Shown here in pieces: positions 1-8,456 of a stretch of DNA of 64,000 nucleotides. A program made the position numbers and the translations under genes. The DNA is taken from IMG/VR virus record IMGVR_UViG_3300045303_000182, positions 32,001-96,000 of that record; one strand, written 5' to 3'. The notes under the pieces were generated by a model, which worked only from the letters and a program-made list of their open reading frames with translations, was not told where the DNA came from and made no database searches. The stretch comes from a virus. How positions within the stretch are numbered: position 1 is the stretch's first letter; the number at the start of each line of letters is the position of its first letter.

Positions 1-822
1 CATGCCCGACGTGATGTCCGAGGAGAACAGCAGCGAGCGCATGCCGAGCATCGCCTTGTGCGCTGCGTCGATGCGCTTGCGCTCGTTCACCGACATCGTG
101 CCATTCATGATCTTGGTGAGGTTCACGCCGGCGATCAGCGACAGGGTGCGGTCGGTCTGTTCGATGTTGCTCATCTCGAAACCGACGAACAGCGGACGGA
201 AGGCGCTCATGTGGATGCGGATCGCCATCGCCAGAGCGGTGGCTGACTTGAAGCTCTTCGGGATACCCATCAGCACCACGAAGTGCTCAGGCTGCAGCCC
301 ACCAGTGACATAGTCGATGCCCGAGAAGCCAGTGCTGATCCCGCGCAAATACCCTGGGTCGGCCTCGCGCTCGTTGAGGACGCGCTGCACCTCATCGAAG
401 TACTCCTGCGAGGTGAAGTCGATGTCGTAGGTGCGGTTGCCCTCGACAGCCGCAGCGGTCAGCGTCTCCTTGAGCATCTGCTCCATGAGATCGGTGGCGT
501 CGGGGTTGTCGGTGTCGTGGTAGTACTTCGCCGCCTCGTCCAGCCCAGCCACCAGGATCGAGAACTTGCGTCGCTGCAGCAGGGCGTTGATGAAGTACTC
601 CAGCGGCTGCGGGTGGTCGTCCCACACCATCGAGGGGAACGCGCGTTGCACCACGGTGATGTCCGGGCTGGTGCTGTACTCCTTCCAGTGCTTGAGGAGG
701 TAGCCGTAGACCCGCTTGTACTTGTCGTCGGTGAAGTGGTCCTCGGAGATGCGAGCGTTGACGGCCTGGCGCAGGTCTTGGTGGATGATCACCTTCGCCA
801 GGAACGCTCCTTGCACATCCAT
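1..822 (-). CDS. dnaB: DnaB-like replicative helicase (3' end runs off the window)
   Basis: Not in the ORF track; my translation from ATG 822: MDVQGAFLAKVII...GISTGFSGIDYVTGGLQPEHFVVLMGIPKSFKS...FVGFEMS, matching SF4 helicase H1/H1a motifs; TGATG overlap with the upstream gene. Confidence 0.9.
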   Translation of the reverse strand, partial: MDVQGAFLAKVIIHQDLRQAVNARISEDHFTDDKYKRVYGYLLKHWKEYSTSPDITVVQRAFPSMVWDDHPQPLEYFINALLQRRKFSILVAGLDEAAKYYHDTDNPDATDLMEQMLKETLTAAAVEGNRTYDIDFTSQEYFDEVQRVLNEREADPGYLRGISTGFSGIDYVTGGLQPEHFVVLMGIPKSFKSATALAMAIRIHMSAFRPLFVGFEMSNIEQTDRTLSLIAGVNLTKIMNGTMSVNERKRIDAAHKAMLGMRSLLFSSDITSGM

Positions 823-1241
823 CAGATGTCCTCTCCCGGTACGACGGCGTGCCCGAGTTGGCCGTACTGGTCGAGACGGGTGGGGTCTGAATCGTAGACC
901 CGCTGCACGTCGCGCTGGTACCTGAGGAGGGTGGCGAACTCCGAGAACGACCGGTATCGAATCTCGTCGTACTGCAGGCCCACCTCGTCCAGGAACTCGG
1001 CAGCCTGGTCAGCGAAGTCCTGGCTCACGAAGGTCACCAGATCCTGTGCCGTGTCGGGCCAGCGATCCTTCATGTACAGCATCCGCTTGAGCGGCACGTC
1101 GTACCAGGAGGCGTTGTAGCCGGTCACCTTGCTGCCGCGGAAGCGGCGCTCTGTCACGACAGGATCGACGCGGCAGAGCACCCCCTCCACGACCACGACG
1201 TAGCGCGGCCGAGTCCAAAGCTCGAGGTCACCGCGCTGCAT
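822..1241 (-). CDS. Hypothetical phage protein, possibly a degenerate HAD-like fold
   Basis: ORF 822..1295, likely start MQRGDL at 1241; coupled between loader and helicase. Confidence 0.6.
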   Translation of the reverse strand: MQRGDLELWTRPRYVVVVEGVLCRVDPVVTERRFRGSKVTGYNASWYDVPLKRMLYMKDRWPDTAQDLVTFVSQDFADQAAEFLDEVGLQYDEIRYRSFSEFATLLRYQRDVQRVYDSDPTRLDQYGQLGHAVVPGEDI

Positions 1242-1791
1242 CGCAGAGGGCGGTGATGAAGTGCGTGTCGATGACCCTGGCCGGGAGGAAGTCATGCACG
1301 GGCGGCAGTGTGGTGCTGACGACGGTGGGCATCCCGTGCTTCACGCGTCGCTCGATGAACGGCTGGACGTGCTTGCGCCAGATGTTCCAGTCGATGGTGT
1401 CGTGGTGCAGGTCATCGACCCACAGCAGGCGACACCGGTAGAACAGGTAGTCGAGGCGATCCTCGATGTCGCGTGACTCCAGGAACAGAGCGAGGTCGTC
1501 AGAGTGATCGCGCTGCTTGCTCGACGCTCCCCACGTCGCGCGCACCAGGGTCACCAGATCGACGGCCTCGGTGTGCTCGGACTCCAGCCAGCCCTCTTCG
1601 TCGTAGACCATGCGAGCGACGATGACCTGCGCTGCGTACGTCGTGCCCGAGCCGCGTGGGCCGAACAGCCACAGGCCCTGCTTGCCCTCGCCAGCGAGCA
1701 CGTTCTGCCGCCACTGCCGCACGGCGTCCTTCACAGGGTCGGACAGCTTCTTGATCGACACGCCGGCATAGTTCAGTTCACTCAGGCTCAT
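1228..1791 (-). CDS. DnaC/IstB-like helicase loader ATPase with degenerate Walker A
   Basis: GLWLFGPRGSGTT (Walker A lacking Lys), LLWVDD (Walker B), PTVVSTT; sits between initiator and helicase. Confidence 0.8.
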   Translation of the reverse strand: MSLSELNYAGVSIKKLSDPVKDAVRQWRQNVLAGEGKQGLWLFGPRGSGTTYAAQVIVARMVYDEEGWLESEHTEAVDLVTLVRATWGASSKQRDHSDDLALFLESRDIEDRLDYLFYRCRLLWVDDLHHDTIDWNIWRKHVQPFIERRVKHGMPTVVSTTLPPVHDFLPARVIDTHFITALCDAAR

Positions 1792-2738
1792 GGCTTCTCC
1801 CGGTAGGCGGCGTAGATGTCTCCCGTATCAACGTGGCGCTGCCGTCCCCACGCTCCGGTGAAGCACATCCACCCGGACTGCCCCTTCTTGAGTGTGATAT
1901 GGCCCTGCCGCACGGCGTGGACGAACTCTTCCATCATCGTGCGGATCTCGAGCTCAGTGCGTTCCTTGAAGTGAGCGTTGATGTACGTCGCCGCCTGGCC
2001 GAGGCTCTCCAGGCCGCGACGGTCCTTGTGCAGACCGGAGTCCACCTGCATCTGCTCCCAGCACACGGCGAAGTACTCAGCCATGCGGCGCTCCTTCGGC
2101 GGCGGCTTCGGAGCGCGCTTCTTGCGGCGGCGCTTCGAATCGATCTGGCTCACGATCTCATCAGGGTTCGCTCGCAACGGGCGCTTCGCTCGCCGCAGGG
2201 ATGGAGCCGCAGGAGCACCAACGTCGCGGCTGTGCTCGTCGGTCCACTCCCTCATCGACACCACGGTAGATCCTCTCGGCCGACCGGAGGGAGGGTTGCC
2301 CTCGGCCGCAGGCCGAGGTGACGACGGAACCCCTGACGAAGTCAGGGGAGACGGAGTCTCACTGAGTACTCCGTAGGAGTACGAAGTACATTCGCGCGCC
2401 AACTTGGCGGCATAGCATGCCGCCAGATCGAGGGTATAGAGGTTGGTCTTCGACCCCATGTAGCGCTTCGGCCCAGCCCCTGCGTCGGGGGTCACGACCA
2501 GCCATCCGGCGTCCACGGCCCTGTGGATGTAGCGCTGCAGCGATCGCATCGGGATGCCCGTCCGGGCGACCAAGGTCTGCTGGCTCGGGTACGCCTTCGG
2601 GTAGCAGCGAGCGATGGCGGTGAGCACACGGTGGACGCCCTCCCACGTAGCGCGCGACATGCCTTCTGGACGTGTCATTCCTGCTACAGCACGCTGTGCG
2701 GCTTGCCTGGATCTTGGTGGTGTGTTACTTTCGCGCAC
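1788..2738 (-). CDS. Replication initiator with N-terminal HTH (lambda O/DnaD-like layout)
   Basis: AYPSQQTLVARTGIPMRSLQRYIHRAVDAGWL..TNLYTL; AGGAGG 8 nt before GTG; followed by loader and helicase. Confidence 0.8.
   Translation of the reverse strand: MRESNTPPRSRQAAQRAVAGMTRPEGMSRATWEGVHRVLTAIARCYPKAYPSQQTLVARTGIPMRSLQRYIHRAVDAGWLVVTPDAGAGPKRYMGSKTNLYTLDLAACYAAKLARECTSYSYGVLSETPSPLTSSGVPSSPRPAAEGNPPSGRPRGSTVVSMREWTDEHSRDVGAPAAPSLRRAKRPLRANPDEIVSQIDSKRRRKKRAPKPPPKERRMAEYFAVCWEQMQVDSGLHKDRRGLESLGQAATYINAHFKERTELEIRTMMEEFVHAVRQGHITLKKGQSGWMCFTGAWGRQRHVDTGDIYAAYREKP
2300..2425 (+). repeat. Cluster of short inverted repeats with GNA loops (candidate replication origin)
   Basis: CCTCGGCC-GCA-GGCCGAGG, CCCCTGAC-GAA-GTCAGGGG, GAGAC-GGA-GTCTC, GTACTCC-GTA-GGAGTAC, GTAC-GAA-GTAC, TGGCGGCAT-AGC-ATGCCGCCA. 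Confidence 0.6.
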
Positions 2739-2775
2739 GTAGTGGACCTCCTGAGGCAGTTCAGTGGCAGGTCTT

Positions 2776-2807
2776 GAGAAGGCCCGAGTTCACGCTCGGG
2801 CCTTCTC
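2776..2807. terminator. Perfect 13-bp hairpin upstream of the replication operon (terminator or operator)
   Basis: GAGAAGGCCCGAG-ttcacg-CTCGGGCCTTCTC. Confidence 0.55.
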
Positions 2808-2878
2808 CGCGTCCCCAAGGGCGGATGGCGGGGCCTGGACCTCGGAACGTATCACATACCGGCAGTAGGGTCGCAAGG

Positions 2879-3142
2879 ATGACTTGGCTGCTCGCGGTAC
2901 TGGGTGTGTGGATCCTGTGGACAATCCTGGGGATGGTGTTCACGACCCCCGACTGGTTCGGCTACGTGTTCGCCATCGTCATCGGCCTCGGCTATGCCCT
3001 GCTGATCGACATCGACCAGTGGTACCTCGGCGTGGGTGTGGGTGGCGGCGCTGCATTCCTCACACGGGTGTCAGATGTGCTACTAGTAACTGCCGACGCG
3101 ATTCGTGCTGGAGTACTAGTTCGACTCGGTCGCAGAGGCTAA
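2879..3142 (+). CDS. Small multi-pass membrane protein (holin-like candidate)
   Basis: 87 aa, about 3 hydrophobic segments, basic C-terminus RLGRRG; leaderless promoter TAGGGT-7nt-ATG. Confidence 0.6.
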   Translation: MTWLLAVLGVWILWTILGMVFTTPDWFGYVFAIVIGLGYALLIDIDQWYLGVGVGGGAAFLTRVSDVLLVTADAIRAGVLVRLGRRG

Positions 3143-3179
3143 TCTGCCTCTCCCGGACAACCAGAAGGAGCACCGAAAC

Positions 3180-4118
3180 GTGACAATGCACGCAGTACTT
3201 GGCGACGGAGACATGACCCGTCGAGAACTCACAGAGACGCTTGCCGATCTGTGGAAGAGCGATGAAGCCGAGGGCCAGAGCTTCTGGTTCCTCGTTCAGG
3301 GCAAGAGCGAGCCGACCGACACCGACAAGGCGTTGGTGACGTGGCTGGAGAAGAACGAGATCTACTACGAGGTCGTCACCGACGACCCGGAGTCGATGAG
3401 CGAGATCTACACCGCGCCGCAGGAAGTCCACACGGCGAAGAAGCTGTCGCAGAAGGTCGTCGGCCTCATGCAGTCCAAGCCCGAGGAGGGCGAGACGGCT
3501 GAGGTGCTGGCGCTGTTCTTCGACACCAACGACGTGACCGCTGCCGAGGACCGCTGGCTCAACGGCGTGATCCAGGCGGCGTACGACGGCGGCTTCGCGA
3601 CGCGGGCACTCAACGACGGGCTGGTCGAGATCGATCTGTCCGAGGGTGCGGCTGAGCCTGAGCCTGAGGAGAAGCCCACGCCGACCAAGGCCGTGGCGAA
3701 GAAGGCGGTCGCCAAGAAGGCTGCTGCTCGGCCCGCCCCGAAGCCCGATACGGAAGAGGCCGATACCGAGGTACCAGCAGAAGTCGAGGCAGAGCTCGAG
3801 GAGCCGCCGGCAACGCCTGCCGCCTCGGTCCCGACCCGCGAGGAGTTGGAGGAGATGGAGCCGTCGGAGGTCAAGGAGGTCGCCGCTTCACTCGGCATCG
3901 TCCTGCCGCCGCGGACGCGCGCCACCACCTACATCGACCACATCCTGGGCGAGGCCAAGGCCCCGGCTCCGACCGCCGAGGTCAGCGAGGTGCCTGAGGT
4001 GGCCGAGGTGGACATCGTCTCGACCAACGGCCACCTTGATGCCGACGCCCTCGCTGAACGGGTTGCCGACATCCTGTGGGAGCGCTGGAGCGAGCGGCTC
4101 ACCAAGGCGCTCGCCTGA
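3180..4118 (+). CDS. Hypothetical protein: possible degenerate SLOG-like N-domain, PAKK/acidic linker, Rho-N/HeH-like domain
   Basis: 312 aa ORF with AAGGAG RBS; KAVAKKAVAKKAA; REELEEMEPSEVKEVAASLGI. Confidence 0.6.
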   Translation: MTMHAVLGDGDMTRRELTETLADLWKSDEAEGQSFWFLVQGKSEPTDTDKALVTWLEKNEIYYEVVTDDPESMSEIYTAPQEVHTAKKLSQKVVGLMQSKPEEGETAEVLALFFDTNDVTAAEDRWLNGVIQAAYDGGFATRALNDGLVEIDLSEGAAEPEPEEKPTPTKAVAKKAVAKKAAARPAPKPDTEEADTEVPAEVEAELEEPPATPAASVPTREELEEMEPSEVKEVAASLGIVLPPRTRATTYIDHILGEAKAPAPTAEVSEVPEVAEVDIVSTNGHLDADALAERVADILWERWSERLTKALA

Positions 4119-4217
4119 GTGCCCAAGGAGAAGCTCTCACCGAAGGGTGAAGTCATCCTCATGGCATCGATGGTGCTGCTGCTAGCAGTCATCATCTTGG
4201 GGTCACGTTGGATGTGA
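4119..4217 (+). CDS. Putative 32-aa single-pass membrane peptide
   Basis: GTG immediately after the previous stop; MPKEKLSPKGEVILMASMVLLLAVIILGSRWM. Confidence 0.4.
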   Translation: MPKEKLSPKGEVILMASMVLLLAVIILGSRWM

Positions 4218-4230
4218 TAGTCTCCCGTCC

Positions 4231-4479
4231 GTGACAGCGGCGGGCGCGGTGGTTGAGGGGCTGGCAGCGGGTGCGCTGGCTTCGTGGGTGGTGGTGGAAG
4301 CCACGATCCTCTGGAAGGGACGGGTACCAGTTACCTTCGACCACCGCACCCGCCGCTGGCGCTCAGTGCGAGCGATCAAGAAGGAAGCCGCCATGCGGAA
4401 CCCGCCTGCCGTCTACCCGATGAGTCACGTCAAGCCCGAGCCGACTCGGCTCCATGTCGTACGTGACATAGCCTCCTGA
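4231..4479 (+). CDS. Hypothetical membrane-associated protein
   Basis: 82 aa ORF; TAGTCT-7nt-GTG leaderless promoter. Confidence 0.55.
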   Translation: MTAAGAVVEGLAAGALASWVVVEATILWKGRVPVTFDHRTRRWRSVRAIKKEAAMRNPPAVYPMSHVKPEPTRLHVVRDIAS

Positions 4480-6495
4480 TCACCCCCAGGGGCTAACGAC
4501 TCCGTCCGGTGTTCCCGTTGACCAGTACGGCAGGATGCCTGCCGCCTTGGGAGGTAAGGGGTTCTGAGCGTCGAACGGATAGAAGATGTCGAGGTGCGGG
4601 ACCACGGTGATCCCCGCCGGCACCCAGCGGTAGACCAGACCCTGCTCTTCCATGTCCTCGTCGGTGACGTTCTGCGAGGGGTCGTTGGGATCGACGGTGC
4701 GAGCGAACAGACGGCCCGTCACAGCCTTGCGGTGGTTGTACCAGAGGCTGTAGGTCTGGCCCTGACGGTTGCTGCCGCCGTACCAGGAGAAGTCGTCGCG
4801 TGCCCCGTACTTCTCGTCGCCGTCGAAGTACAGCCAATCCTTGAGGTAGCCACGCTCGGCCAGCACACGGTCGATGGTGAGCAGGTCACCCTGTAGCTCG
4901 AGGCGCACCATCGCGATCGCTGCCTCGGGCGCGCGTCGGTGCGTGGCGACGTGGGTCCACGCACCTGCTGCCAGATCCCACGTCTCGTCGTCGCCCCAGT
5001 CCACGGCCGTCATGCGGTAGTCAGCGTCCCAGTAGACGAGTCCCACCTTGAGCTTGCCGCTGCCCTTCGCCATCAACTGCACGGTCCACTGCTCACTGTT
5101 GAGCTCGCCCAGCAGCGTCGGGAAGATGTTCGACTCCATGACGACGTACCCTGGCAAGGGACCGGTCTTCGGTGTGATAGCCGAGGCAGAACTGAGTGTC
5201 CAGGTACGGCCGCGGGGATCGATGTAGCTGGTGCCGGTGCCGGGGTAGTCGCTGGCATCGAACTTCCAGATCACCGTGCCCTTGGCGGGATCGAGGCCAG
5301 TGCGAAGCTCGACGGAGTAGATGCGCCCGTTCCAAGCGTTGACCCCGTCGTAGCCACCGATGCTGACGGGTGATGACGCATCGGCCAGTGCCATCGTTGG
5401 TGCTGACGCTGTCGCTACCTGCGTCCACACCCCTCCCACGGGATGGAAGGCCGTCAACTGCATCTGACCCGCACCGTCGTCCAGGTCGAGAGACATGGCC
5501 CACGTCTCATCGATCGACGTGGTTGCCCCGAGAGTGACACCGGATACTGCCGACGGGTAGGTGCCGACAGCAGTCGTCGCACCCAACTGGAGGGTTCCCG
5601 AGGGGAACCGTCGCTGCAGGAACCAGGATGCGTTCCCCGCAACCGTCTGAGCAGCGACAGTGTGATACCCACTCCGTGTGAACGGACCCTGTGTCTTGAA
5701 GACGAACGTGCATTCGCTGGGCAGTGGCCCTGGGTCGGGCGTCGTGACGGTGCCAACCGTCGGCGTCAGGTAGCCGGGAGAGTTCCCACCGCAGCTACCG
5801 GACCACGCACCCGAGCCAGGTGCGCCTCCCGAGACGCGCGCGAGCGCTGAGCTACTCGACCAGAAGTTGGTGCCCGGTGCTTCGAAGCTCGGGTTGGCGA
5901 TCATGTTGGCGCGCTGCGGGTAGAGCCAGGCGTGCTGCGACCCGCTGACTTCGAAGTCAGGAGAGCCGCGCGACAGGACGAGCGGTCCCTCGGTGGGGTC
6001 TGGTGCTGTCGTGGACCAGCCGAACAGCCAGCGGTTGGTGGCGTCGGGGAACGTGGAGTCCGGGCTAGCCGTGAGCGCGTCATCCGGTGCGAGGTTGGTG
6101 ACACCGTTGACCGGCGTGTTGGTCACGAAGATCAGCGGCTCGTTCACACCGCCAAGCGCTGCGACGCGCACGATGGCGATGGCACGGATCTCGGCCGATT
6201 CCAGAAGCTCGGTGAAGCGGTAGTCGGAGAACATCACGTAGCGCGACCCACCGAGAACGCGCGTTCCCACGTCCAGCAGGAGGTCCATCGGATATCCCGA
6301 TATGGAAGTGACCTCTACCCACCCCGGACTCGAGGCGATGAGTTCGGGCACGGTCTTGGCAGCAGTCCACGCCGAGTTGGGGTAGCCCATCGCCGGGGCG
6401 TAGCGGAAGAGCACGACCTTGATCTTCTGACCATCCATGATCCCCTGGTTGGCTTGCAGCGCCTGACGGAAGTTGTCAGTGAAGAAGTAACTCAT
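4480..6495 (-). CDS. Baseplate/tail receptor-binding protein with carbohydrate-binding and LamG-like domains
   Basis: 671 aa; NMIANPSFE (CBM-type start), SIGGYDGVNAWNGRIYSVEL (LamG-like), YFDG; last gene of the baseplate operon. Confidence 0.7.
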   Translation of the reverse strand: MSYFFTDNFRQALQANQGIMDGQKIKVVLFRYAPAMGYPNSAWTAAKTVPELIASSPGWVEVTSISGYPMDLLLDVGTRVLGGSRYVMFSDYRFTELLESAEIRAIAIVRVAALGGVNEPLIFVTNTPVNGVTNLAPDDALTASPDSTFPDATNRWLFGWSTTAPDPTEGPLVLSRGSPDFEVSGSQHAWLYPQRANMIANPSFEAPGTNFWSSSSALARVSGGAPGSGAWSGSCGGNSPGYLTPTVGTVTTPDPGPLPSECTFVFKTQGPFTRSGYHTVAAQTVAGNASWFLQRRFPSGTLQLGATTAVGTYPSAVSGVTLGATTSIDETWAMSLDLDDGAGQMQLTAFHPVGGVWTQVATASAPTMALADASSPVSIGGYDGVNAWNGRIYSVELRTGLDPAKGTVIWKFDASDYPGTGTSYIDPRGRTWTLSSASAITPKTGPLPGYVVMESNIFPTLLGELNSEQWTVQLMAKGSGKLKVGLVYWDADYRMTAVDWGDDETWDLAAGAWTHVATHRRAPEAAIAMVRLELQGDLLTIDRVLAERGYLKDWLYFDGDEKYGARDDFSWYGGSNRQGQTYSLWYNHRKAVTGRLFARTVDPNDPSQNVTDEDMEEQGLVYRWVPAGITVVPHLDIFYPFDAQNPLPPKAAGILPYWSTGTPDGVVSPWG

Positions 6496-8456
6496 GTGGA
6501 CCTCATGTCGCGCTGCGACGAGCCGATGACGAAGCCTTCGAAGCCTGCCTTCGGCTCACCCAGCTTCTCAGACGGGTCGCCCAAGGTGAGATAGCGATCA
6601 GGAGGCGTCACCGAGACAACCGAGTTCTCGTCACCGAGGGGGTAGACCATGGCCGCGGCCACGTCGATCGCTGCCGAACGCTGGACGGTGGTGTGCGCGA
6701 CGCGGTCGAAGATGTAGATGGCGGGGATCAGGTACCGGGCCTCAGGGAGGGTGCTGGTCTTCACCGGGGCGAGGCCCTGGCCGATGTACTGCTTCCACGC
6801 TGTGCCGCTGGAACCTTTGGGGATCCCGAGTGACACATCAATCACCTCGTCCACGTCACCGGACGGACCGATCCAGATGAGCACGGCCTGCACCGTGAAG
6901 TTCTTCTCGGGTGCCTGGACCCACACACTGAACCCGTAGGGCACGCCGGCGGTGATGGAGATGCCACCCGTCAACGGGATGGCATCGCGATACTCAGCCG
7001 TAGCTGGCGGCAGGATGTCGTCCCCTGGCCGAAGGATGGTGTCGGGGTCATCGCGGATCCGAGCGTCACCACAGGTGATCAACAGGTTGCTCAAGCCTTG
7101 GGCCTTCGTCGTGTACACACGCATGACGCCGCGGCCGGTTGGAGGAGCCACGTTCACGCGTCCAACGTAGATGCTGCTCCAGTCGAGCGAGGTCAACGAT
7201 GGCTCCTGGGCAAGTACCGGTGGCAGAGCCTGGGGGTGAACGCCGCCCCAGTTGCCGGTCGAGTTGAAGAAGTCGCTGTCGTCCGGGAACAGCACCAGCG
7301 TCTGACTGCCGGTGACCTGAGTCTCGTACTTCGACACGGCCTCGATCACCTGCCGCAGGCCGACGGCGGTACCTCGAGTGTGCTGAGCGTTGGGGGCGTT
7401 GGCTACCAGTCCGCGGTACCGGATGTCTCCGATGCCCGCCTCGTAGGGCAGCCCGTAGTTGGCACCCAGGCCCTTGAGCAACGGCATCGGCGTCTTGTCG
7501 ATCTGGTGCAGGTCGAGCACGCCCTCCACGAACTCGCGCGTGTTGTCCATCACGAAGCCGAAGACGTTGAGGAACTGGCGCAGGTGACCGGCACCGATGC
7601 GGTAGTTGTCATCGACCCACTGGTGATACGGAGGGACGCAGTCCCACATGCGCTCGCGGTGATGGAAGTCCCGCGGCAACAGGCATGAGTCACTCATCCC
7701 GACGATCCAGTCGATGGGCGTCGTGCGGAAGAAGAGCGTGTAGTAGAACGTGCGCCCGTTGGGGACGAAGCCGGTGTCCCAGCCATCCCCGACCGGGATC
7801 CGGGTGGGCAGCGGGTGGTCGTAGACGACAGGCGGTGGACCCAGCACTGGCTCGTCGTCCTCGGACATGAAGTCGGCGCGCAGCGATCGGAAGATCGTCG
7901 TGCCGTCTCGCGGTGTCGAGGGATGGCCGAACGTCGAGCGCACCAGTGCCACCTCGGCCCACTTGTCGGCGTACTGGACCGGCCAGCCCCACAGGATCTC
8001 GATCGTGTTGTAGTCGAAGGGCCGAGCGAAGAGGATCGCTGGCGCGATGTCAGGGTCGTATGGCTCAGCCGCCGTACTCGGATATCGAAGGGCGGTATGG
8101 GGCAGGTCTGTTCCCGGCCCGATGTTGACCCAGGCGGTGCCGTCCCAGCGGACGATGTGACCAGTCTTCGCGGTCACCACCGCTGGCATGATCGGGTTGC
8201 CGTTGCCGTCAAGCTGCGTAGGCGGCGGTTGCCACGACGGAGCGTTGCTGGGGATCGGAGTCCCCAGCAGCCATGACTCATTGGTGCGATTGAACGCATC
8301 CGCGGCGGGGATGACCGGCAGTGTCCCACCGTTGAGCGTGCCTTGGATCTGAGAGGTCGCGCGAACCCAGTCGCCTCCCACAGACGTGCTGTAGGACTGG
8401 CGCTTGACGCGGAACGCCGGGAGGTCGTACCCCTCAGGCCACCAAGTGTCGGTCAT
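6492..8456 (-). CDS. Baseplate wedge/tail protein (P2 gpI-like)
   Basis: LRQFLNVFGF...LLKGLGANYG...RGTAVGLRQVIEAVS; follows the baseplate J gene. Confidence 0.75.
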   Translation of the reverse strand: MTDTWWPEGYDLPAFRVKRQSYSTSVGGDWVRATSQIQGTLNGGTLPVIPAADAFNRTNESWLLGTPIPSNAPSWQPPPTQLDGNGNPIMPAVVTAKTGHIVRWDGTAWVNIGPGTDLPHTALRYPSTAAEPYDPDIAPAILFARPFDYNTIEILWGWPVQYADKWAEVALVRSTFGHPSTPRDGTTIFRSLRADFMSEDDEPVLGPPPVVYDHPLPTRIPVGDGWDTGFVPNGRTFYYTLFFRTTPIDWIVGMSDSCLLPRDFHHRERMWDCVPPYHQWVDDNYRIGAGHLRQFLNVFGFVMDNTREFVEGVLDLHQIDKTPMPLLKGLGANYGLPYEAGIGDIRYRGLVANAPNAQHTRGTAVGLRQVIEAVSKYETQVTGSQTLVLFPDDSDFFNSTGNWGGVHPQALPPVLAQEPSLTSLDWSSIYVGRVNVAPPTGRGVMRVYTTKAQGLSNLLITCGDARIRDDPDTILRPGDDILPPATAEYRDAIPLTGGISITAGVPYGFSVWVQAPEKNFTVQAVLIWIGPSGDVDEVIDVSLGIPKGSSGTAWKQYIGQGLAPVKTSTLPEARYLIPAIYIFDRVAHTTVQRSAAIDVAAAMVYPLGDENSVVSVTPPDRYLTLGDPSEKLGEPKAGFEGFVIGSSQRDMRST

